From: a virus
Lineage: Duplodnaviria; Caudoviricetes
DNA: 30,042 nt
Virus record (IMG/VR): IMGVR_UViG_3300030207_001809
Span: 1-30,042 of that record
Strand: one strand, 5' to 3'
Within the stretch, counting starts at the first letter, position 1. Every line of letters begins with the position of its first letter. Below the pieces are notes generated by a model, which did no database searches, was not told the DNA's origin, and saw nothing but the letters and a program-made list of their open reading frames with translations. Made by a program: the position numbers and the translations under genes. Shown here piece after piece: positions 10,139 through 19,131 of the stretch.

Positions 10139-10831
10139 ATGAATAAAACTTTAGAAAAAATCAAAACTTTATTATCAGTAGATAACAAAGAATCAAAAGA
10201 AGTAAAAATGTATGCTGAGGCTATCTTAGAAGATGGTAGAGTAGTTGCTACAGAAGATGAAAAAATGGCTGTTGGGTCTGAGATATATGTTATTTCTGAT
10301 GATGGAGAGGCTTCGCCACTTGGAGAGGGTACATATACTTTACAAGATGGAGGAAAAATTACAATAGATACAGATAGTAAAATAACTGATTTAGGAGCTG
10401 ATGAGGAGCAAAAGAAAGAGGAGTATGAAGAAAAAGAAGAAATGGAGGAACATGAAAGTCCAGCCGAGAAAGCGGATTGGGCAAAGTCTTACGAGGAGTT
10501 AAAAGATAGAGTAGAGGAGTTAGAAAAAAGAGTATTTGGAGATGATAAAGATGTAGATGTAGAAATGTCAGAAGAAGTAGAAGAATCTAAAGAAGAAGTA
10601 GAGGAGGTAGAAGAAGTAGAAGATGAAAAATTAGAGATGTCAAAAGATATGGTAAATAGTTTAGTAGAAGAAGTGGAACACTTAAAAGCTAAATTAGTAG
10701 AATTTGAAAAAGAGCCAGGAGCTAAGGGTTTTAAACACAATCCTGAATCTACATCAAAAAAAGAAATAGTTAATATGTCAAAACTTTCAACACAAGAAAG
10801 AGTGGCGTACTTTATGAACAGAAATAAATAA
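10139..10831 (+). CDS. Capsid scaffolding protein
   Basis: Highly acidic coiled coil between the protease and the major capsid gene. Confidence 0.7.
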   Translation: MNKTLEKIKTLLSVDNKESKEVKMYAEAILEDGRVVATEDEKMAVGSEIYVISDDGEASPLGEGTYTLQDGGKITIDTDSKITDLGADEEQKKEEYEEKEEMEEHESPAEKADWAKSYEELKDRVEELEKRVFGDDKDVDVEMSEEVEESKEEVEEVEEVEDEKLEMSKDMVNSLVEEVEHLKAKLVEFEKEPGAKGFKHNPESTSKKEIVNMSKLSTQERVAYFMNRNK

Positions 10832-10855
10832 TAATAATAAAAAAACTTTAATAAA

Positions 10856-11782
10856 ATGGCGAATAAAAAATATAATTTTGCTGATAGTGTTACTTCTAAC
10901 TACGCTGGAGAGGCGGCAGCTGGGTATATATCGGCGGCTTTGCTTTCGGGTACTACTATGGCTGAGAATAACATAACTTTCTTAAACAATGTAAAGTACA
11001 AAGCAAATTTAAGAAAAATAACTATCGCAGGTACAGCTGGTAACTTAATGGCTGACGCTACTTGTGGTTATAATGATTCTGGTACTCTTACTTATGCTGA
11101 AAGAGTATTAGAGCCAAGAAATTTTGATGTAAATATGACGCTTTGTAAACAAGATTATTTATCATCTTGGGAGGGAGCTAATATGACAGCTGGACTTAAT
11201 GGAACAGTACCTCAAGCGTTTGGCGATTATATTATAGGTCAAACAGCTGCAAGAGTATCAGCTGAAATAGAAAAGTCTATTTGGGACGGTACTACTGATG
11301 AAAATGGTCAGTTTGATGGTTTTAGAAAATTATTACTTGCTGACGCTGATGTAAATGATGTAGCTGGAGCTACTACTTTATCAGCTGCTAATATCGTAGC
11401 TGAAATAGGTAAAGTAATGGACACTATACCTACAGCTGTTTATGGTAAAGAAGATTTAAGAATCTTTATACCTACATCAGCTTATAGATTCTATCAACAA
11501 GCTCAGGCTGCTCTTGGTTATGCTAACTTATACCAAGCTCAAGGCGAAGTACCTTTAACTTATGTAGGTATTCAAATAGCTCATGCTCCGGGATTAGCTG
11601 ATAATACTATAGTAGCTGGTAGAGTATCTAATATGTTTATGGGTACAGATGGCTCAAGCTCAGAAGTGAAGTTATTAGATATGGCTAATCTTGATGGTAG
11701 TGATGAAATCAGAGTAGTAATGAGATTTACAGCTGGTATTAATTACGCTTTTGGTAGCGATATGGTACTTTACGCAGGGTAA
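10856..11782 (+). CDS. Major capsid protein
   Basis: 308 aa; YAGEAA..YI, IWDG and FDGF motifs; strongly biased codons; followed by a terminator. Confidence 0.8.
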   Translation: MANKKYNFADSVTSNYAGEAAAGYISAALLSGTTMAENNITFLNNVKYKANLRKITIAGTAGNLMADATCGYNDSGTLTYAERVLEPRNFDVNMTLCKQDYLSSWEGANMTAGLNGTVPQAFGDYIIGQTAARVSAEIEKSIWDGTTDENGQFDGFRKLLLADADVNDVAGATTLSAANIVAEIGKVMDTIPTAVYGKEDLRIFIPTSAYRFYQQAQAALGYANLYQAQGEVPLTYVGIQIAHAPGLADNTIVAGRVSNMFMGTDGSSSEVKLLDMANLDGSDEIRVVMRFTAGINYAFGSDMVLYAG

Positions 11783-11793
11783 TGATAATTAAT

Positions 11794-11818
11794 GGGGGTT
11801 GAAATACACCCCCTTTTT
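11794..11818 (+). terminator. Intrinsic terminator after the capsid gene
   Basis: GGGGGT-tgaaatac-ACCCCC-TTTTT. Confidence 0.8.
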
Positions 11819-11843
11819 ATAAACAAAATAAAACAAATAAAAA

Positions 11844-12482
11844 ATGAGTTGTAATTTAACACTTGGACGCCTTGTTTCCTGTAAAGATTCTATAGGTGGT
11901 CTAAAAAAAGTTTTTTTCGTATCATCATTTTGCTCTAATATTCGTAGTGTATGTACTTTAGGTACAGGAGCGACAGCTAATGTAATGTCGGCGGCTGGAT
12001 TTACATTATGGGACGTAGCGGCTGATGATGGAGGTACTAACAAAACTACGGTTTTTCAATACGATTTGAGACCTAATTTATCATCAGTAACTATTAACAC
12101 AACATCAGACCCAGCTACAGGTACTACTTTTTTTGAACAAACTTTATCACTTTCTTTACAAAAGCTAACAGCTGCTCAATGTAATGAGATAAAGTTAATG
12201 GCTTATAATAGAAGTCAAGTATTTGTACAAGATATGAATGATAATGTATTCTTATTAGGTATGAATAATGGAGTAGATGTATCAGGAGGTACTATAGTAA
12301 CAGGAGCTGCTAAAGGAGATATGACAGGATTTACTATTGAGCTAAGAGCTGAGGAAACCGATCCTATGATTTGGCTACCAGCTACAGCTGGACCTGGCGA
12401 TAATGCGGGTACAGCTACAGCTAAATACCCATTTGATGGACTTAGTGATGAGACTAATTTAATTATCACTGTAGGAACATAG
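11844..12482 (+). CDS. Major tail (tube) protein
   Basis: MSC.LT.GR..CKDSIGGLK N-terminus, GTTFFEQTL and TGAAKGD..G motifs; followed by a terminator. Confidence 0.65.
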   Translation: MSCNLTLGRLVSCKDSIGGLKKVFFVSSFCSNIRSVCTLGTGATANVMSAAGFTLWDVAADDGGTNKTTVFQYDLRPNLSSVTINTTSDPATGTTFFEQTLSLSLQKLTAAQCNEIKLMAYNRSQVFVQDMNDNVFLLGMNNGVDVSGGTIVTGAAKGDMTGFTIELRAEETDPMIWLPATAGPGDNAGTATAKYPFDGLSDETNLIITVGT

Positions 12483-12497
12483 TAATAATCGTTACTC

Positions 12498-12530
12498 AAA
12501 AAGAAAGGGAGCTAATTGCTCCCTTTTTTT
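12498..12530. terminator. Bidirectional intrinsic terminator
   Basis: AAAAAGAAAGGGAGC-taatt-GCTCCCTTTTTTT. Confidence 0.85.
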
Positions 12531-12642
12531 ATAACCTATCAAAGTACCTTAATAATATTTGCTCTCGAGATTTTTTGTCTTTAATATGCCTTATCTTATC
12601 AAATTTTTTTATTAAGTTTTGTAGTAGTCTTTTTCCTTTCAT
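12529..12642 (-). CDS. Small basic 37-aa protein (only minus-strand gene candidate)
   Basis: MKGKRLLQNLIKKFDKIRHIKDKKSREQILLRYFDRL*; A-rich leader; stop abuts the bidirectional terminator; below the ORF-track cutoff. Confidence 0.6.
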   Translation of the reverse strand: MKGKRLLQNLIKKFDKIRHIKDKKSREQILLRYFDRL

Positions 12643-12736
12643 TTTTTTAATTATTAGTTAATAACAATCAAAATATAAAAAATATTTTATATTCCACTAT
12701 ATTTTATAAAGTTTTCTTTACAATTCGTACAAATAA

Positions 12737-12762
12737 AAACGATTTCTTTATTTATATATATA
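12737..12762 (+). promoter_or_regulatory. Putative phage-sigma promoter copy (AAACGAT-N11-TATATATA)
   Basis: Motif upstream of the portal-containing operon. Confidence 0.7.
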
Positions 12763-12780
12763 ATATAAACACTTATTATT

Positions 12781-12984
12781 ATGGCTTGGAAAGTTAAAGA
12801 ACAATACAAAGACTATAAACCCGGTACAATGAATTTAGCGTATGGTCAATTATTACCTCATCAAGTAGAGAATTTATCGGATAAAGTTAAAAAGAAGTAT
12901 TTTACAAATGATACTCCTAAACCAAAAAAGAAAAAAAAAGAAGTTAAAATAGAATCTAATCCCTATAACGAATATACTGACTAA
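12781..12984 (+). CDS. Hypothetical protein
   Basis: 67 aa with a Lys-rich tail, directly after the promoter motif. Confidence 0.65.
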   Translation: MAWKVKEQYKDYKPGTMNLAYGQLLPHQVENLSDKVKKKYFTNDTPKPKKKKKEVKIESNPYNEYTD

Positions 12985-13124
12985 TGGCTACAAAAGTAGA
13001 ATGTATAGAAATAGATGAAAAAATTAGAGAGGAGTTTGAAGAAAAATTAAACTCTATAACTAATGAAAATGATAAATTAAATTTATACACTGAATATTAT
13101 AATAAAATATTTAAAAAAGTTTAA
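12984..13124 (+). CDS. Small hypothetical protein (46 aa)
   Basis: MATKVECIEIDEKIREEFEEKLNS…; TAATG overlap, fills the gap exactly. Confidence 0.6.
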   Translation: MATKVECIEIDEKIREEFEEKLNSITNENDKLNLYTEYYNKIFKKV

Positions 13125-13126
13125 TA

Positions 13127-13708
13127 ATGGGAGTATATAATTTAAATTATTCTTCGGGAATGGCTCAAGTACAAAATATATTTTTTTATGAGAATATAAG
13201 TAGCCTTGTTGAGCCAAGTACTTTAACAGGAAAGTATTTACTCTTTTATTTTAGAGGTAGGAAAACTAATTGGATAAGATCGGCTGTAGCTTATCCTACA
13301 GCTAATGGAGATTATAACGCTCCAGAATACACTAATAACGATAGATGTTGGACTTTAAGGCTAACATTAGTATATCCTACAAGTTCAAATATAGCCTCTT
13401 ATGATGGAGCAAGTACTCTATATAGATTGTTAGGAAATTTTGTGCCTCCTATAAATGAAACTTTTGATATAGATGTATATTATAATAATACTCATACTTT
13501 AAATATAAATTCCTCTACTAAAATAGAGGGATTAAGTATTGTACTTAATGTTACAGTAGATGAAACTTTTGGCTCTATAGATTCTGATTTACCTATAAGC
13601 TATTTTACAGAATATACGAATAACGATTTGAAAGCTGAACTACCAATTTCAGGGGGTAAGCCTTATTCAAATAATGAGGATAATCAATATGGAACTATAA
13701 CTTGGTAA
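13127..13708 (+). CDS. Hypothetical virion protein (possible head closure)
   Basis: 193 aa, beta-rich, immediately upstream of the portal. Confidence 0.45.
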   Translation: MGVYNLNYSSGMAQVQNIFFYENISSLVEPSTLTGKYLLFYFRGRKTNWIRSAVAYPTANGDYNAPEYTNNDRCWTLRLTLVYPTSSNIASYDGASTLYRLLGNFVPPINETFDIDVYYNNTHTLNINSSTKIEGLSIVLNVTVDETFGSIDSDLPISYFTEYTNNDLKAELPISGGKPYSNNEDNQYGTITW

Positions 13709-13710
13709 AA

Positions 13711-15957
13711 ATGAAAAAGAAAGAAAAAACACAAATATCAGTACTACATTTATCCGAATTTAATCTACCAGCTATAGCGGAGATTGCCAATAAAGATTAT
13801 ATATCTTTTGGAGATGATAATTTATACCCACAATACTTATTAGAGCTATATAATGGTAGTAGTATAAATAACGCTATAATAAAAGGCGTGGCGGCTATGA
13901 TTTATGGAGAGGGTATTGACGCTACAGATAGAGATAATAGTCCTGAACATAAGGAACAGTGGCTAAAACTTACCTCTTTACTTAAAGGCTCACAAAAAGA
14001 CTTATTAAAATGCTTAGCTTTTGATTTAAAGTTATTTGGAATGTGTTATGTTAATGTAATATGGAATAAGCCAAGAACTAAGATAGTAGAGATGTATCAT
14101 ATACCTGCTCAATATATAAGAAGTGGTAAGACTAATAGTTATGGAGATGTAGAAATGTATTATTATAGTGCTGATTGGACGAATGTAAGGAAATTTAAGC
14201 CAAGAGTATATAAATCCTTTAGCTCTAAAGATAGAACTGAGGCAAGTCAAGTATTATGTATCAAAGATTATTCTCCGGGTAGCTATTACTATTCACTTCC
14301 TGACTATCAAGGCTCTACCTCTTATATTCAATTAGATATGGAGATAGCACAATTTCATCTAAGTAATATCAAATCGGGTATGTTTCCCAGCCTTGCTATT
14401 AATATGTCGAATGGAATCCCATCTCATGAGGAAAGAAGAAAGATAGAAAGACAAATCAACGATAAATTTGCTGGTAGTGGTAACGCTGGTAGAATATTAT
14501 TAACCTTTAATGATGGTAAAGAAACAGCTCCCGAAATAGTGCCTATTACTTCAAACGATAATAGCGATAGTTACCAATTCTTATCTCAAGAAACTACGAG
14601 AAAGGTTTTAACCGGACACAGAATAGTATCGCCTCTCCTATTTGGAGTAAAAGGAGATGGATCGGGATTTGGTAATAATGCTGATGAGCTTAGAGATAGC
14701 TACTCATTATTTAATAACACTGTTATTAAACCTTTCCAAAATACTTTATTAAGTGGATTAGAGCCAGTATTACAAATAAACGATATACATTTAGATTTAT
14801 ACTTTAAATCATTAAAACCAGCTGACTTTATTGACATAGAAACAGTAGCTAAAGTAAGCGAAGAAGAACAAGAGAAAGAGGGTATAGATACTGATGAGCC
14901 TGTAAAGAAAGAATTTAAGGCGTTAAAAGATATTGACACTAAACCAACTAAAGGTATGATTGCTGAGGCTAAAAAAGGCTTAGAATGGCGTAGAGAGTAT
15001 GGTAGAGGAGGAACTGAGACAGGTGTCGCAAGAGCGAGGACTATCTCTAATGGTCAAAATCTCTCAATATCAACGATTAAGCGTATGAATAGTTTTTTTG
15101 CAAGACATGAAAAAAGTAGTAAAGGAGGAGAGGGTTTTGAGCCGGGAGAAGATGGATTCCCAAGTGCAGGTAGAATAGCTTGGGCGTTATGGGGAGGAGA
15201 CGCTGGGCAATCATGGGCGGCTAAAAAAGTAAAAGAAATAAAAAATGTTGAAGAATTAACAGAATTAACAGAAGATGATAGTAAAGTATTTTTATCAAAT
15301 TTAAAAGGAACAGAAATAGATAAAGATGAGTGGTTTGAATTAGGCGAAATTGATACAGAAGATACTGATTCTAATACTGAGAGTAAATTCGAGGCTTTTG
15401 CTAATCAACATTTAAATAAATATTATGAGTTTGCAAGTGCAAGTAGAATACCATCTAACCCAGATAGTCCTAATAGTGATAGTAACGCTGGTTTTATAAG
15501 AGTTTTATATAGATACTCACAAAACATATCCTCTAAGAGTAGAGATTTTTGTAAACAAATGGTAAGGCTAAGTAAAGGAGGTAAGTTATATACAATTAAT
15601 AATTTAAAACAAGCCTCTAATCTAACAGTAAATAAAGGGTTTGGTAAAAAAGGGGCGGCTACTTATGATATTTTTAAGTGGAAAGGTGGAGTATATTGTC
15701 ATCATTATTTTGTTAGAAAATTCTTTGTAAGAAAAAGAGTACCTAAAGGCTCAGAAGTAACAATAGGCGGTAAGACTTATAAGGCGGGAGCTTACCTACC
15801 TAATGGAAGTTTAGATATGTTTAAAAATAGTTTTTTGTCGGAGGTTAATAGTGGTAGATTCGCTTCAAGTTGGAAGAAAATAAAAGGTCAAGAGCCTAAA
15901 GGTCCAGCTCCTACCTTAGCTCCTATTAATACTCCAACAAGAGGTAAATACAGTTAA
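13711..15957 (+). CDS. Portal protein with two C-terminal accessory domains (WGGD domain and MuF-like Cys/His domain)
   Basis: FGDDNLYPQYL, YYSLPDY, FAGSGNAG and H.IVSPLLFG motifs in the first ~390 aa; ATG at 13711 preferred over TTG at 13702. Confidence 0.85.
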   Translation: MKKKEKTQISVLHLSEFNLPAIAEIANKDYISFGDDNLYPQYLLELYNGSSINNAIIKGVAAMIYGEGIDATDRDNSPEHKEQWLKLTSLLKGSQKDLLKCLAFDLKLFGMCYVNVIWNKPRTKIVEMYHIPAQYIRSGKTNSYGDVEMYYYSADWTNVRKFKPRVYKSFSSKDRTEASQVLCIKDYSPGSYYYSLPDYQGSTSYIQLDMEIAQFHLSNIKSGMFPSLAINMSNGIPSHEERRKIERQINDKFAGSGNAGRILLTFNDGKETAPEIVPITSNDNSDSYQFLSQETTRKVLTGHRIVSPLLFGVKGDGSGFGNNADELRDSYSLFNNTVIKPFQNTLLSGLEPVLQINDIHLDLYFKSLKPADFIDIETVAKVSEEEQEKEGIDTDEPVKKEFKALKDIDTKPTKGMIAEAKKGLEWRREYGRGGTETGVARARTISNGQNLSISTIKRMNSFFARHEKSSKGGEGFEPGEDGFPSAGRIAWALWGGDAGQSWAAKKVKEIKNVEELTELTEDDSKVFLSNLKGTEIDKDEWFELGEIDTEDTDSNTESKFEAFANQHLNKYYEFASASRIPSNPDSPNSDSNAGFIRVLYRYSQNISSKSRDFCKQMVRLSKGGKLYTINNLKQASNLTVNKGFGKKGAATYDIFKWKGGVYCHHYFVRKFFVRKRVPKGSEVTIGGKTYKAGAYLPNGSLDMFKNSFLSEVNSGRFASSWKKIKGQEPKGPAPTLAPINTPTRGKYS

Positions 15958-15962
15958 AAATT

Positions 15963-16535
15963 ATGGCAATACAACACACTTTATTTATTAGTACAGGTAG
16001 ATTAAAAAAAGATACCTCTCTTGGCGAGAGTGTTTCAGATGACTTGTTACTACCTTATATACTAATGGCACAAGATAGATATATCTTACCTGTGCTTGGA
16101 ACAGATTTATACAATAAATTAGTATCAGATATACAAGGCGATAGCTTAACAGGTAATTATTTAACATTATTACAAACTTATATACAACCAGCTTTAGTAC
16201 AATTTGCCTACTCTACTTGTTTGCCATTTCTTCGTATTCGTATGGTAAATAATTCTATAGTAGCTATGAATACTGAACAAGGTACAGCTGTTACTCATGA
16301 TGATTTAAAACCTTTAATAAATGCCGCTTTAGACCAAGCTGAATTTTATAGAGAACGCTTAATAGATTATGTAGTAGATTCAAATTTTGCTGAATATCAA
16401 AGTAATTCCGATCCCGGAGAGCTTAGTCCTACAACAGCCAACTACTACGCGGGTTTAAATTTAGATGTAGCTCCTACTAATAATAGAATGAGAGCAATTT
16501 TAAGGAAAGCTGGAGTAACTATAGTAGATTGTTAA
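15963..16535 (+). CDS. Putative head-tail adaptor
   Basis: LFIS, AQDRYILPVLGTDLY and AEFYRERLIDY motifs; directly follows the portal. Confidence 0.6.
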   Translation: MAIQHTLFISTGRLKKDTSLGESVSDDLLLPYILMAQDRYILPVLGTDLYNKLVSDIQGDSLTGNYLTLLQTYIQPALVQFAYSTCLPFLRIRMVNNSIVAMNTEQGTAVTHDDLKPLINAALDQAEFYRERLIDYVVDSNFAEYQSNSDPGELSPTTANYYAGLNLDVAPTNNRMRAILRKAGVTIVDC

Positions 16536-16538
16536 AAT

Positions 16539-16655
16539 ATGCTTACAAAAAAAACAAAAAAACAAATAAAAAATAATATACAAAAACTTAAAAAGTATTT
16601 AAATGGCAACAGTAAAACTAACAGACAAGACAGCTCTAACAGAACAGGCAGGTAG
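16539..16655 (+). CDS. Possible small basic protein (38 aa)
   Basis: MLTKKTKKQIKNNIQKLKKYLNG…; overlaps the start of the next gene. Confidence 0.35.
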   Translation: MLTKKTKKQIKNNIQKLKKYLNGNSKTNRQDSSNRTGR

Positions 16656-17133
16656 TGGAGATTTATTAATGGTTGTAGATGTTTCTGATACTACAGGTAG
16701 TAGTGCGGGTACGAGTAAAAAGATGGATTTTAAATATGTTATACAAACAGATAAAATTTCTGTTAGTAATGCAGAATTTCAGGCTTTAGATTCTACGCCT
16801 AAAACCTTAGTAGGAGCTTTAAGTGGATATATGATTACTGTATATCAAGTTACAATTTTAACTACTTATGCCTCAGCTACAGATTCAGCAGGAGCGACTT
16901 TATTATTTAGTTATGATAGTTCTGAGGCTACTAATTATTGGTATAGTTATAGGCGTTTTATGAATACAGTTACTACTGATTCTTCATTTTGTTTTTCTCC
17001 TGAGCCAAGTTCATCAGGTAGTTGTAAATCATCTTTACTAAATAAACCTTTTGTAATGTTTTCATCAGCAGCTTTCAATGGTGGTTTTAGTGCTGATGTT
17101 TATGTAACCTATGCTTATACAAAAGTTTTATAA
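16603..17133 (+). CDS. Virion fibre/decoration-like protein
   Basis: KLTDKTAL…DLLMVVDVSDTT..AGTSKK N-terminus; Ser/Thr-rich beta domain. Confidence 0.55.
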   Translation: MATVKLTDKTALTEQAGSGDLLMVVDVSDTTGSSAGTSKKMDFKYVIQTDKISVSNAEFQALDSTPKTLVGALSGYMITVYQVTILTTYASATDSAGATLLFSYDSSEATNYWYSYRRFMNTVTTDSSFCFSPEPSSSGSCKSSLLNKPFVMFSSAAFNGGFSADVYVTYAYTKVL

Positions 17134-17134
17134 T

Positions 17135-18169
17135 ATGAAAATAAATCAAACACATATATACTTTTTTTTAATAGTTTTTGTTTTAGGGATAGGAACTTGT
17201 AAGGCTCAAGACTTTTTTAAGTACGCTACTTTTTATTCATCATTTAGTACTCAAACCTCTTATATAGAGAATCAGGATTATATAGCTATAAATAAAGGAT
17301 ATGAAGAAACCACACAAATCAACCCATTTGATTACTCTTTACAAATTGGTATTAGGAGAATCGCTTTTTTTGATTACGAGCAAAAGAAAAAAACTTGGTA
17401 TACAGGAGATGAAAAAAGTGTCGCGGATAATACTACTATTTCTTTTTACAATGGCTGGGAGTATTTACTTAATTATTCTTTTATTCGTAATCGTTCTGAA
17501 ACATTTATTAATAGAAATTTTTGGATTCGCTATATGTCAGATAAAAGCGTTACTAAATTTCAAATAAAAAATGATGAGGGTAGAGATTTAGAGTATATAT
17601 CTTTTGATACAAGATATAGAATTAGTAAAGGAGGTTTTAATTTTACTATGGGTATTGTTGGGCGTCAACACGCTGTCTACGGCGTATCTCCTATAGAGGA
17701 ATTTTGGCAAAGTGGAGAGAGTTCTTTCCAAGAATTAGCTGAGGACTTTGGTTATTCTACCCAATTTGTACAGGGTAATCATCATTGGTATAATAATGGA
17801 GAATTAATAGCCACTTCAAATGATGAGTTTTTTAAACATTATTTTGGCTCAGCTATAGCTCAATATAACCAAGAACAATTAAACGCTTTAGGGAGCGTCT
17901 ATGAGCTTTCTATGGTTATTGGAACGAGTTACTATTACTATAATAAAGACTATTGGTTACACGCTTGGCTAAATGTATTACCATATCACTATGGAATTAG
18001 TGATTATTCTTATGATTATGAGGGTGTTCCTACAGATGTTGATTTTGGGTTAGTAGCTGGTTGGAGGATTACTAAAAATTTAGGTGTATTTGTAGAGGGT
18101 ACTTATTTAGAGTATTGGGAGAAGCCTATAAGTGAATTTAGAATAGGGTTTAATTATTTAATATTTTAG
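17135..18169 (+). CDS. Predicted outer-membrane beta-barrel protein
   Basis: Signal peptide (…GIGTCKA|Q), aromatic-rich amphipathic strands, C-terminal FRIGFNYLIF; start at 17135 preferred over 17111. Confidence 0.65.
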   Translation: MKINQTHIYFFLIVFVLGIGTCKAQDFFKYATFYSSFSTQTSYIENQDYIAINKGYEETTQINPFDYSLQIGIRRIAFFDYEQKKKTWYTGDEKSVADNTTISFYNGWEYLLNYSFIRNRSETFINRNFWIRYMSDKSVTKFQIKNDEGRDLEYISFDTRYRISKGGFNFTMGIVGRQHAVYGVSPIEEFWQSGESSFQELAEDFGYSTQFVQGNHHWYNNGELIATSNDEFFKHYFGSAIAQYNQEQLNALGSVYELSMVIGTSYYYYNKDYWLHAWLNVLPYHYGISDYSYDYEGVPTDVDFGLVAGWRITKNLGVFVEGTYLEYWEKPISEFRIGFNYLIF

Positions 18170-18171
18170 TT

Positions 18172-18648
18172 ATGAAGAAATTATTAGTATTGTTTTTAAT
18201 TTTTAATTATGGATTTAGTCAAACAAATTGCGAATTATGTGTCGAGCAAAATGGATTTTATTGTGGAAATGACGAAGCTAATTGGACTCAGTATTCTCCT
18301 CTTGGTTGTGTGCCTAATGGTCTTAATAACTTGTATTACCTTAATGATGGTTGGTTAGATTGTGTAGATGGCTCAGATGAGGCTGAGGCTGTGCCTACCA
18401 CTTTAGAAGATTGCTCAGTATTTGACTATGTACCTTGTGATACTGTTTATGTAGAAGTTGTAGATACTTTATATGTTACTGAATATATTGATTGTATTAC
18501 AGGATTACCTTGTGGAAATACAGGAATTTTAGAGCTACTCCAAAAAACGAAAAACGAAAATAAAATATATAATCTAAATGGAAAGGAAATATATAGACGA
18601 GAAAATATATATATAGAAGATGGTAAAATTAACTTTAAAATAAAATAA
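18172..18648 (+). CDS. Secreted Cys-rich protein with an LDL-receptor class A-like motif and a T9SS-like C-terminus
   Basis: Signal peptide …YGFS|Q; GFYC…GCVP…NDGWLDCVDGSDE; C-terminal IYNLNGK…IYIEDGK.NFK. Confidence 0.65.
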   Translation: MKKLLVLFLIFNYGFSQTNCELCVEQNGFYCGNDEANWTQYSPLGCVPNGLNNLYYLNDGWLDCVDGSDEAEAVPTTLEDCSVFDYVPCDTVYVEVVDTLYVTEYIDCITGLPCGNTGILELLQKTKNENKIYNLNGKEIYRRENIYIEDGKINFKIK

Positions 18649-18651
18649 AAA

Positions 18652-18837
18652 ATGAAAGAATTAATCTTAAAATTTGTAAAAAGTAGAAAGTTTTGGTATG
18701 GATTTGTAACTCTAATACTAATACTTTTTTCTGAAAGTTTTGGAATTAGCGATACTAAAATGAATACTTTAGTAATCGTTACTGTTGCTTTAATTATAGG
18801 GCAAGGAATAGCTGATAGAAACTGTATTAAATGTTAA
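18652..18837 (+). CDS. Putative holin (2 TM)
   Basis: KSRKFW motif, two hydrophobic segments, IIGQGIAD. Confidence 0.6.
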   Translation: MKELILKFVKSRKFWYGFVTLILILFSESFGISDTKMNTLVIVTVALIIGQGIADRNCIKC

Positions 18838-18840
18838 ACT

Positions 18841-19131
18841 ATGGCTAAAGAAATCTCAGAAGATAGCAAATTTTTACTCTCAATAAAATCTATAATAGGA
18901 ATCGTCCTTTTAGTGTCAAGTTTTGTTGGTATGTATTGGAGTTTAAGTATGGAAATACAAGCGGCTAAGGAGTTACCTGTAGTAGAAATTCCCGATCCTG
19001 AAATTACAAGACAGGAATTAGATTTGAAGTTGGAATTAATCTCGACTACGGTTATGTCAAACGCTGATAAATTAGATAAAATAGAAACGCAGGTAGAAAA
19101 GATAGAGGAGAGAGTTTACGAGCTTAAATGA
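18841..19131 (+). CDS. Membrane-anchored coiled-coil protein
   Basis: One N-proximal TM helix followed by heptad repeats (LDKIETQVEKIEERVYEL). Confidence 0.65.
   Translation: MAKEISEDSKFLLSIKSIIGIVLLVSSFVGMYWSLSMEIQAAKELPVVEIPDPEITRQELDLKLELISTTVMSNADKLDKIETQVEKIEERVYELK

Noticed and set aside
17301-17567. 88-aa alternative-frame ORF inside the beta-barrel gene (embedded o-spanin?)
   Set aside because: No N-terminal lipobox Cys, and it is not embedded in an i-spanin-like gene
18545-18615. AAACGA and TATATA elements resembling the phage promoter
   Set aside because: Wrong spacing and inside a coding sequence
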